Below, in pieces: positions 37,064 through 45,407 of a stretch of 64,000 nucleotides of DNA; within the stretch, counting starts at the first letter, position 1, and each line of letters starts with the position of its first letter. The position numbers and the translations under genes were made by a program. The notes beneath the pieces are model-generated. The model was not told where the DNA came from and did not search any database. It saw only the letters and a program-made list of their open reading frames with translations. Origin of the DNA: an uncultured Bifidobacteriaceae bacterium. GTDB lineage: Bacteria; Verrucomicrobiota; Verrucomicrobiia; Limisphaerales; UBA11358. The stretch covers positions 73 to 64,072 of the forward strand of contig CAZUBG010000004.1 in the NCBI GenBank assembly GCA_964618545.1, read 5' to 3'.

Positions 37064-37828
37064 TTAAATGGAATTTTTGATAATGTCAGCAAAACTTCTC
37101 GGTTCAAGGGAAGCCCCGCCCACGAGCGCGCCGTCGACATCCGGCTGGCTCATCAGTTCCTTTGCGTTGTTGGCCTTGACGCTGCCACCATACTGAATGC
37201 GCACCTTGCGGGCCACGGTTTCGTCGAAAATTTTTCCGAGGAGGGAACGGATGAAGGCATGGGCGGCTTGTGCCTGCTCAGTGGTGGCGGTCTTTCCGGT
37301 GCCAATGGCCCAAACAGGCTCATAGGCCACCACGGTTTCGATCATCTGTTCCTTCGTCAGGCCGGCAAGACTGCCGCGCACCTGCCGGTCAAGGACTTTT
37401 TCCATCAGTCCGCCCTCACGTTCGGCCAGGGTTTCGCCCACACAAACGATCGGCTTGAGCGAGGCCCCGTGAACAGCAACGGCCTTTTTGGCGATCAACG
37501 CATCCGACTCCTTTTGATATTGGCGGCGCTCGCTGTGGCCGAGAATGACGTAGCGCACGGAGAATTCCTTGAGCATTCCGGCACAGGTTTCCCCGGTGAA
37601 GGCACCGAAATTGTTCTCGCTCATGTTCTGGGCGCCCAGACGGATGTTGGAGTCCAGAATTTCCTTGGAAATGGCGTCCAGCACCGTGAAGGGGGGACAC
37701 ACGACGATGTCCACTTCCTTGACCCCGGCAAGTTCGCGCTTCAAATCACGGACGAGGGACAAACCCTCGGCCACGGTTTTATTCATCTTCCAGTTGCCGG
37801 CAATAATCAGTTTGCGTTCTTTGTTCAT
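37064..37828 (-). CDS. tpiA: Triose-phosphate isomerase
   Basis: Motifs AGNWKMNK, LGHSERR, AYEPVWAIGTGKTAT and IQYGGSV. Confidence 0.96.
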   Translation of the reverse strand: MNKERKLIIAGNWKMNKTVAEGLSLVRDLKRELAGVKEVDIVVCPPFTVLDAISKEILDSNIRLGAQNMSENNFGAFTGETCAGMLKEFSVRYVILGHSERRQYQKESDALIAKKAVAVHGASLKPIVCVGETLAEREGGLMEKVLDRQVRGSLAGLTKEQMIETVVAYEPVWAIGTGKTATTEQAQAAHAFIRSLLGKIFDETVARKVRIQYGGSVKANNAKELMSQPDVDGALVGGASLEPRSFADIIKNSI

Positions 37829-37845
37829 GTTAAGCTTGGTAATAA

Positions 37846-39102
37846 TTATTTGTTGGACAGCGCCGCCACCCCCGGCAACTCGGCGCCTTCCAAAAATTCG
37901 AGGCTCGCGCCGCCGCCGGTGCTCATGAAAGTCACTTTGTCACCGAGTTTGGCCTTGTTCAGCGCTTTCACGCTGTCGCCGCCGCCAATGATGCTCTTGG
38001 CCCCGCTCTTTTGCGTGGCGTCCACAACAGCCTGCGCGACGGCGTTGGTGCCGGCGGCAAACTGTTTGTTCTCGAACAAGCCCATGGGGCCGTTCCACAA
38101 AATCGTTTTGGCGCCTGCCACTTCGGCCGCATACGCCTTCACCGTGGCCGGACCGATGTCCAGACCGGCCGTTCCCTCGGGAACATTCAGGTCGGAACTG
38201 ACGGTCGGGTTTTGAAATTCGATGACCGGCTTGCCCTTTTTGTCCAGCTTGTCGGTCTTGACCGGCGTGGCGACAACATCGTCCACCGGAAGCAGGAATT
38301 TCACCTTTTTGGCCTTGGCCTTGACCAGCGCGGATTTCGCGGTTTCAATCGCATCGGGTTCCACGAGCGATTTGCCGGTTTTATAGCCCTGGGCCAGACG
38401 GAAGGTGTAGGCCATCGCGCCGCCGATGAGGATGGTGTCAGCTTTTTCCAGCAAACGGTCAATGACCTTGATCTTATCTGAGACTTTCGCGCCACCGAGA
38501 ATGACGACGAACGGACGCACGGGCTTGTCCAATTCATCACCGAGGAACTTCAATTCGCGTTCCATCAACAGACCGGCCGCGCACTTGCCGCCACGGGCGG
38601 CGACGATGACGGCCACCCCGGCGGTGGAGGCGTGGGCGCGATGGGCCGCGCCAAAGGCGTCGTTCACATAGACATCCGCCACCTTGGCCAGCTTGGCGGA
38701 AAACGCGGGATCGTTGGCCTCTTCTTCGTTGTAATAACGGACATTTTCCAAGAGGATGACGTCGCCATTTTTCATGGCCGCCACGGCCTTTTCCACCGGT
38801 TGGCCGATGCAATCAGAAACAAACGTGACAGGCTTGCCGAGCAGTTGGCTCAACTTGACGGCGACCGGGGCCAGCGACATGGTGGCTTCGCGCTTACCCT
38901 TGGGACGGCCAAGATGGGCCGTCAAAATGAGTTTGCCGCCCTTTTCGATGAGCAATTTGAGGGTCGGCAGGGTCTCGACGATGCGGGTGGCATCGGTGAT
39001 GACCATCTGGCCGTCTTTTTCCTCGAGGGGAACGTTGTAATCAACGCGCATGAAAACCCGTTTTCCGCGCACATCCAAGTCACGAACTGTCAGTTTAGCC
39101 AT
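37846..39102 (-). CDS. pgk: Phosphoglycerate kinase
   Basis: Motifs RVDYNVPL, LTAHLGRPKG, GGAKVSDKI and STGGGASLEFLEG. Confidence 0.96.
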   Translation of the reverse strand: MAKLTVRDLDVRGKRVFMRVDYNVPLEEKDGQMVITDATRIVETLPTLKLLIEKGGKLILTAHLGRPKGKREATMSLAPVAVKLSQLLGKPVTFVSDCIGQPVEKAVAAMKNGDVILLENVRYYNEEEANDPAFSAKLAKVADVYVNDAFGAAHRAHASTAGVAVIVAARGGKCAAGLLMERELKFLGDELDKPVRPFVVILGGAKVSDKIKVIDRLLEKADTILIGGAMAYTFRLAQGYKTGKSLVEPDAIETAKSALVKAKAKKVKFLLPVDDVVATPVKTDKLDKKGKPVIEFQNPTVSSDLNVPEGTAGLDIGPATVKAYAAEVAGAKTILWNGPMGLFENKQFAAGTNAVAQAVVDATQKSGAKSIIGGGDSVKALNKAKLGDKVTFMSTGGGASLEFLEGAELPGVAALSNK

Positions 39103-39227
39103 AAAATTTTCAAGTTAGTCCGCCAAAAAAATCCAAGCTGGGATAATAGCTTGTTGGGAAGCGTAGTAAAGTTCAAAAATTCCCTGATTGACGACCGGAG
39201 GCGGGCCATTCATCCGTGACCACGGGG

Positions 39228-40328
39228 CTAGAGGAGTGGCAGGGTGAACCAGAAAGTGTTTTCTTGCAAGGAATCACCCGTGACGCCGATGGTGCCGCCA
39301 TGGGTCTCGACGGCGAGTTTGCAAAAGGTCAGTCCCAAACCGGTGCCATATTTTCTCTTCTCCCCCTCCACCTGGGTGAATTTTTCAAAGATTTTCCCCC
39401 GATATTCCGCCGGAATTCCCGGACCGTGATCAGTGATGGACACCCGCGCATTCGGCCCGTCGCGGGTGATGGCGACGATGACCTCGTCCCTGGGAACGGT
39501 GAACTTCAGGGCGTTGTGCAGCAGGTTGGTGAGAATGCGCCGGACGATGTCCTGATCATAAGATGACAGAACGGGTTCGGAGGGAGCCAGCGTCATGCGC
39601 CGGTCAGCCGCCAAGGTATGCAGCGAATCCATGACCGATTGCACGGTGGCGACGAGGTCGCCCTGAGTCTTGTTCAAGGGCATCCGACCGGCCTCCATGC
39701 GGCTGATATCGAGCAGTTGGTTGACCATCTCGGTGAGTTTGGCGACGCCGTCCAAGGCCATGTCCAAATACTTGACGGCTTTGACCGGGGGATTGGGGAG
39801 GTTGACTTTCACCAAATCCAAAGACATCTGCATGGTGAAAAGCGGGGAACGCATGTCATGCACCACCATGTGCGCCAAATTGTCCCGCAGTAATTCCAGT
39901 TCTTTCAGGCGCTGGTAACTGAGTTGCAATTCCAATTTTTGCCGGCGCAATTCCAAGTGAGTACGCACCCGCGCCTCCACCTCGGCGCATTGAAAGGGTT
40001 TGGCGACATAATCCACCCCCCCCATTCCAAAGGCACGGACTTTGTCCATGGCCTCATGCTGGGCGCTGATGAAGATGATGGGGACGGCAGCCAGCACCGG
40101 ATCGGCTTTAAAATGTTCACAGACTTCATAGCCGTTCATCTCCGGCATCTGAATATCAAGCAGCACCAAATCCGGCGGTTCGAGAGCCGCCGCGGCCAGA
40201 GCCATTCGACCGCGCGGAAAGGACCGCACCCGGTACCCCTGCCGCCCCAGGATTCCCTCAAGCAGCTTGAGGTTGGCGATGGTGTCGTCCACCACCATGA
40301 TTTTGGGTTTGGGTTCCGTCTCAGGCAT
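39228..40328 (-). CDS. Hybrid REC-histidine kinase (N-terminal receiver, HisKA, HATPase_c)
   Basis: The REC domain has VVDDTIANLKLL, LLDIQMPEMNG and AKPF. The kinase has H-box HDMRSPL, N-box LHNALKFT, G1 DHGPGIP and G2 GTGLGL. Confidence 0.85.
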   Translation of the reverse strand: MPETEPKPKIMVVDDTIANLKLLEGILGRQGYRVRSFPRGRMALAAAALEPPDLVLLDIQMPEMNGYEVCEHFKADPVLAAVPIIFISAQHEAMDKVRAFGMGGVDYVAKPFQCAEVEARVRTHLELRRQKLELQLSYQRLKELELLRDNLAHMVVHDMRSPLFTMQMSLDLVKVNLPNPPVKAVKYLDMALDGVAKLTEMVNQLLDISRMEAGRMPLNKTQGDLVATVQSVMDSLHTLAADRRMTLAPSEPVLSSYDQDIVRRILTNLLHNALKFTVPRDEVIVAITRDGPNARVSITDHGPGIPAEYRGKIFEKFTQVEGEKRKYGTGLGLTFCKLAVETHGGTIGVTGDSLQENTFWFTLPLL

Positions 40329-40338
40329 AAAACATGCA

Positions 40339-41526
40339 TTACAGGGTCACTGCGGCGGCGACGGGGAGAACGGTCTTAAACCGCACCGTAAATTTGAGTC
40401 CGGCGGGCACTTGGTTTTGAGCAGTGATTCGGCCGCCGAACAAGGAGATGATCCGCTGGGCCAGCGGCAGACTCAACCCCAGGTCTCCGCCAGGCACCAT
40501 TGCCTGTCCGGTCGCCAGCACTTGGAAAAAACCAGGGAACACGTCGTCGGCCACACACTGGCCGAGGGACTCGACCACCACCACCACCCCGTCCGCCTCC
40601 GACGCGCAGGACAAAACGATCCCCTGCCCCGCGTTGGAAAATTTCACGGCGGTCTCCAGCAACGCGTGCATCGCCTTCTGGAACAATTTATCATCGCCGC
40701 TGACGACCGGCAAATTTCCGGGCACGGACGGAAGCCCGACTTTGCGGCTGGCGGCGAGTCCAGCGGTTTGATTCACAGCCTGTTCCAGCATGGGGCTCAG
40801 CGGAACGGCCTCCGGGGAAAAATGCCCGGCATCCACATCCATCTGGGTGAGCAGGAGGGCATCCTCGATGATCCGCAGCAAGCGTTCCTGAGATTGTTGA
40901 AAAATGTCAATCAGTTCGGAATTGGCGGAATTGACCGGATAGGTGGCAAACAGAAGTTCCGCCACACCGAACAGGCCGTGCAAGGGCGTGCGCAACTCAT
41001 GGGAAATCAGCATGAGGAAATCGTTCTTGGCCTTGTCCAAAATTGAAAGCCGTTCGTTGGCGTCGGCCAACTCCCTGGTTTTCAGCCGCACCAACTCGTC
41101 CAGGCGCGCATTATGCAGTTCCAGCTCCTTTTGGAGCCGCCGCAGATTCAGGTGGTTCTCCACCCGGGCAAGAATCTCCTCAATTTGAAAAGGTTTTCCG
41201 ATGTAATCCACCCCGCCGCAGCCAAAAGCCTTCACTTTGTCGAGCATTTCATTCAAGGCGCTGATGAAAATGACCGGAATGGGGGCCAGGGCGGGATCCG
41301 CCTTGAGCCGGGTACACATTTCGTACCCGTTCATTTCAGGAATATTGATGTCCAGCAAGATCAAATCCGGCGGTTCCACCGCCGCCGCCGCCAGGGCCAT
41401 CCGGGTGCGTGGAAACGACCTGACCCGATACCCCCGCCGGCTCAGAATGCCGTCCAACAACTTGAGGTTGGCGATGGTGTCATCCACAACCATGATGTTG
41501 GTCTTTTTGTTCTGGTCGTCGGTCAT
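40339..41526 (-). CDS. REC-HisKA protein with a degenerate ATP-binding domain
   Basis: The REC domain has VVDDTIANLKLL and LLDINIPEMNG, and the H-box is SHELRTPLHG. The C-terminal domain is alignable to HATPase_c, but the N-box Asn position reads LETAVKFS and there is no DxGxG G1 box. Confidence 0.75.
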   Translation of the reverse strand: MTDDQNKKTNIMVVDDTIANLKLLDGILSRRGYRVRSFPRTRMALAAAAVEPPDLILLDINIPEMNGYEMCTRLKADPALAPIPVIFISALNEMLDKVKAFGCGGVDYIGKPFQIEEILARVENHLNLRRLQKELELHNARLDELVRLKTRELADANERLSILDKAKNDFLMLISHELRTPLHGLFGVAELLFATYPVNSANSELIDIFQQSQERLLRIIEDALLLTQMDVDAGHFSPEAVPLSPMLEQAVNQTAGLAASRKVGLPSVPGNLPVVSGDDKLFQKAMHALLETAVKFSNAGQGIVLSCASEADGVVVVVESLGQCVADDVFPGFFQVLATGQAMVPGGDLGLSLPLAQRIISLFGGRITAQNQVPAGLKFTVRFKTVLPVAAAVTL

Positions 41527-41537
41527 GAGCGGCTGGT

Positions 41538-43367
41538 TCAGGTTAACAGACCGAGGAGATGGTCGTAATCATATTGTTCCGCCAACGGGCGGAGAAACCC
41601 GGCCAACGCCGGATCAAGGACCACCACTTCCTTAAGCTGGGCTTCAAACCCCTCCAAATCACCGTTAATAATGGCGTCATGCATCGCCGAGCGCAAGACT
41701 GGCGGCAATTTGGCCAAGGATCTCGCCGGGGACTCCGGCGCCACCACGCCGACGGTGACAGGCCCGCTTACCGAGGGGGTCTCATAAAGGAATTGGATTC
41801 CCAAATGCGCATGCATTTTGTCAAAGAGCAGGCTTTCTTCCATCGGTTTGCCAAGCAAATCAGCCGCCCCCGCCACCAGAATCGCGCGCTGACTTTCCTC
41901 CAAAACCGTGGCGGTCAGCGCAATGATCACGGTATCCGCTCCCACAGGCGAAGCCTTGATGCGGCGGGTGGTCTCAAAACCATCCAACACCGGCATGAGG
42001 AGATCCATCAAGATGAGATGCGGTTTCCATTTTTCCCAAACCCGGATGGCTTCCTCACCGTTGGCCGCCTCCATGACCTGGCAGCCAATGAGCAGCAAGA
42101 GTTGTTTGAGCCAGTTCCGGTTGGGGGCGTTGTCGTCAGCCAGTAAAACCCGGATGGGGGGCTGGCCGGGTTGCAGACCGATCACGCGCCGGACGTTCGG
42201 CGATCCGACCGCATCGTGACGATCCCCTTCCCGAACGGGCAACTGCAATTGAAAGCAGCTTCCCCGCCCGATCTGGCTTGTCACGGTAATGTCTCCGCTC
42301 ATGAGACGGGCATATTCGCGGCTGATGGCCAACCCCAACCCGGTGCCCTCATTAAACTGTCGGTTGCCGTCGGTTTGTTCAAATTCACGGAACAATTTGG
42401 CGAGATCGCCGGCCGAAATGCCAATCCCGGTGTCGGTGACTTTGGCGTTCAACCACAATTGCAGATCTTCGTGGCGCTGAACCGCCACGTGCAATTCCAC
42501 GCATCCGTGATGGGTGAATTTGATCGCATTGCCCAGCAAGTTGACCAGCACCTGGCGGAACTTCCCTTCGTCGGCCACAATCAGCCGCGGCAGGACAGGA
42601 TCGGTAACAATTTTGAATTGAAGCCCCTTGGCTTCTGTCCGCAGCCGGAACATGGAAGTCAGGTCGCCCAGCACGCCGGGCAAATCGAAGCAGACCGGCT
42701 GCACGGAAACCCGGCCCGCCTCAATCTTGGACATTTCCAGAACGTCCTCAATCAACGCCAACAGATGCTGTCCACTGCGACTGATCATGTTCAGCTTGTC
42801 TTTTGCATCCGGCGGGAGGCCGGGATCGCGCTGCAACAACTGCGCATAACCCAGGATGGCGTTCATGGGGGTGCGGATCTCGTGGGACATGTTGGCCAAA
42901 AACGCGCTTTTGGCGCGGTTCGCCACTTCCGCCGCCTCCTTGGCGTGGCGCAACTCCTCATTTTGGCGCTCGTCGTCAGTGATATCGGTAAATATTCCGA
43001 GCAGATGGGCCTGGCCATCCAATTTGATCAGTTCCGCCGCCACCAGCACCGTGCCGACCAACCCGGATTTTCGACGGATCCTGGCCTTGTATTGCTGCAC
43101 CATCCCGTGTTCCCGCAAGATTTGAACCAGCCGGGCGCGCTCGGATGAATCGGCCCAGATGCCCAGATGCAGCGTGGTGTGAAAAAGGAGTTCCTCGCGC
43201 GCATAGCCCAGCATGGTGGCAAGGGTTTGGTTAACTTCAACGAACCGGCCCTGCGCCAGACAGGTGATGCAAATGCCCACCGGACTGGCACGAAAAAGAA
43301 TGGAATTGAACACCGCCTGGTTGAGAACCGGAGTCTGCTTCAAATCTGCCGTGTCAGTTACTGGCAT
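41538..43367 (-). CDS. PAS-containing hybrid sensor histidine kinase with C-terminal receiver and helical tail
   Basis: A PAS-like N-terminus is followed by H-box SHEIRTPMNAILG, N-box LLGNAIKFT, G1 DTGIGIS and G2 GTGLGLAIS. The REC domain has LLADDNAPNR, LMDLLMPVLDG and LGKPM. Confidence 0.85.
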   Translation of the reverse strand: MPVTDTADLKQTPVLNQAVFNSILFRASPVGICITCLAQGRFVEVNQTLATMLGYAREELLFHTTLHLGIWADSSERARLVQILREHGMVQQYKARIRRKSGLVGTVLVAAELIKLDGQAHLLGIFTDITDDERQNEELRHAKEAAEVANRAKSAFLANMSHEIRTPMNAILGYAQLLQRDPGLPPDAKDKLNMISRSGQHLLALIEDVLEMSKIEAGRVSVQPVCFDLPGVLGDLTSMFRLRTEAKGLQFKIVTDPVLPRLIVADEGKFRQVLVNLLGNAIKFTHHGCVELHVAVQRHEDLQLWLNAKVTDTGIGISAGDLAKLFREFEQTDGNRQFNEGTGLGLAISREYARLMSGDITVTSQIGRGSCFQLQLPVREGDRHDAVGSPNVRRVIGLQPGQPPIRVLLADDNAPNRNWLKQLLLLIGCQVMEAANGEEAIRVWEKWKPHLILMDLLMPVLDGFETTRRIKASPVGADTVIIALTATVLEESQRAILVAGAADLLGKPMEESLLFDKMHAHLGIQFLYETPSVSGPVTVGVVAPESPARSLAKLPPVLRSAMHDAIINGDLEGFEAQLKEVVVLDPALAGFLRPLAEQYDYDHLLGLLT

Positions 43368-43562
43368 TTCAATTTTTCCGGCGGTTGCTGTCTGATCGGA
43401 ACACTTTTTTGTTTCCGATTCAGGAGTTGAGTGTTAAGAGAAAGCGCCGGTGGCGGCAAGACTCTTTTTTTCACGGCTGCTCAGAATTGGTCAATTCATT
43501 GCAATTAAGATGTCCGTTTTGACGGTTTTACCCCATAATGAGCGCGTCGCATTTATATTATC

Positions 43563-44174
43563 ATGCATATCACGTCCGCTGTTTTTGACCTGAGCGCTCC
43601 GGATTTGGAGTCCTGTCCGCCGGAAAGCCTGCTGGAATTCGCCTTTATCGGCCGGTCAAACGTGGGCAAATCCTCCCTGCTGAACATGCTCGCGGGCAAA
43701 AAGGATCTGGCCCGGGTTTCGGTTACGCCGGGTCACACCAAAACAATCAATTTTTTCACCATGAACCAGGAATGGTATCTGGTGGATCTTCCCGGCTACG
43801 GGTTCGCCCAGGTGGCCCGGGAAAACCGCGCCAAGTTCAATGACGCCGTCACTTCGTATATTACAGACCGCACCAGCCTCGCCTGCGTGTTTGTTTTGAT
43901 TGACGCGCGGCATGAGCCCCAGGCGATTGATCTGGAATTCGTCCACTGGCTGGGGGATCGGTCCACCCGGTTCGTCCTGGTTTTCACTAAAACCGACAAG
44001 GTGACGCCGTCGCAGTTGGAGAAAAACATGGGGTTGTTCAAGGAACATTTGGCCGGCTGGTGGGAGGAGTTGCCGGAATTTTTCACCACCTCGGCCGTCA
44101 CCCGGCAGGGACGCAGCGAACTGCTCGATCACATCGCAAAGACTCTGGCCAAAGGACTGGATGATGAAGGCTGA
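43563..44174 (+). CDS. engB: Ribosome biogenesis GTPase EngB/YsxC
   Basis: G1 GRSNVGKSSLLN, G3 DLPGYG and G4 TKTDK. Confidence 0.9.
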   Translation: MHITSAVFDLSAPDLESCPPESLLEFAFIGRSNVGKSSLLNMLAGKKDLARVSVTPGHTKTINFFTMNQEWYLVDLPGYGFAQVARENRAKFNDAVTSYITDRTSLACVFVLIDARHEPQAIDLEFVHWLGDRSTRFVLVFTKTDKVTPSQLEKNMGLFKEHLAGWWEELPEFFTTSAVTRQGRSELLDHIAKTLAKGLDDEG

Positions 44175-45393
44175 TTCAACCGTGGCGGGACGAGGTGCCG
44201 GCGCCATCCCGAATGATTCCGACCGGGGGATGGCGACAAAACCCAACCCTGGAACCGCAGGAATTGGCCGGCGTGACGCTTTGAATCAACTCGGCTGGAA
44301 CGATGCCTTTGAAACGGAATTCGCCCCGTATCATCTCAAGGGCTGGCAACCCGCCCGTTTGATCCGGGACAATCGCATCAGCTACGGGGCGCTGGTGGCC
44401 GGCCCGAATGGGGTGCAGGAGCTGGTGACGACCCTGAGCGGCAAGGTTTACCATGACGCCGAAACCGACGCTGAACTGCCGGCGGTGGGCGATTGGGTCG
44501 CCTTGGAGATATCCGACGGCGGTCCGACGGCGGTCATCCAAGCCCGTCTGAGCCGCCAGAGCTGCCTTTCCCGCCGTGCGGTGGGTGAAAGCGAACAGGA
44601 ACAAGTCATCGCGGCCAATATCACCACCGTGGTCGTGGTGACCGATGCCCACGCGGATTTCAATCTGCGCCGGATGGAACGTTTTTTCACGGTCATCGCC
44701 CGGAGTGGCGCCCGGGCCGTGGTGCTGATCAACAAAGCAGACCTGTACTCAGAAACCCAAAATCAGGCGGCCGTCAAGACCATCAGCGCGCTCCAGGCCA
44801 AGGCCAAAATTCACTTGGTCAGCGCCAAAACCAGAAAGGGATTGAAGTTGGTGCGCAGTCTGTTGCAACCCGGGACCACCACGACCTTCATTGGTTCCAG
44901 CGGCGTGGGAAAATCCGCCCTGATCAACCGTCTGCTCGGGGACGATTCCCAGTGGACCGGCTTGGTCAACGAAACCACTGGCAAAGGGCGGCACACCACC
45001 ACCGCCCGCGAATTGCTGGTGCTGCCCCAGGGCGGCATGATCATTGACAATCCCGGCATCAAGGAAGTGCAAATGTGGACGGATGAAAAGACGCTGCGCG
45101 CGAGTTTTTCGGACATTGAGACCCTGGCCGGTCACTGTCAGTTTGCCGATTGCAAGCACGGCACCGACGCCGGTTGCGCCCTGCGCCAGGCCGTAACCCA
45201 AGGCAGGCTTGGCCCCGAACGTCTGGCGGCTTATCTGGCACTGGGAGAACAAATCGCCTCCCTGCGCCAGCGCCGTAAAAAGCGCACGCTGATTGTCGAG
45301 CGCCGCCACAAGCTCAATCGCAAGGATAAATCCCGCGAACGCATCGCCTTCGGCGGCGAGCACGAAGACGATTACAAACAGGCCGGCCGGTAG
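44161..45393 (+). CDS. rsgA: Ribosome small-subunit-dependent GTPase A (with N- and C-terminal extensions)
   Basis: Circularly permuted GTPase order: NKADL, then GSSGVGKSALINRL, then GKGRHTTT. The Zn motif is CQFADCKHGTDAGC. The exact start is uncertain because the ORF overlaps engB by 14 nt. Confidence 0.85.
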   Translation: MMKADSTVAGRGAGAIPNDSDRGMATKPNPGTAGIGRRDALNQLGWNDAFETEFAPYHLKGWQPARLIRDNRISYGALVAGPNGVQELVTTLSGKVYHDAETDAELPAVGDWVALEISDGGPTAVIQARLSRQSCLSRRAVGESEQEQVIAANITTVVVVTDAHADFNLRRMERFFTVIARSGARAVVLINKADLYSETQNQAAVKTISALQAKAKIHLVSAKTRKGLKLVRSLLQPGTTTTFIGSSGVGKSALINRLLGDDSQWTGLVNETTGKGRHTTTARELLVLPQGGMIIDNPGIKEVQMWTDEKTLRASFSDIETLAGHCQFADCKHGTDAGCALRQAVTQGRLGPERLAAYLALGEQIASLRQRRKKRTLIVERRHKLNRKDKSRERIAFGGEHEDDYKQAGR

Positions 45394-45407
45394 AGCAATG
45401 CGATCAA

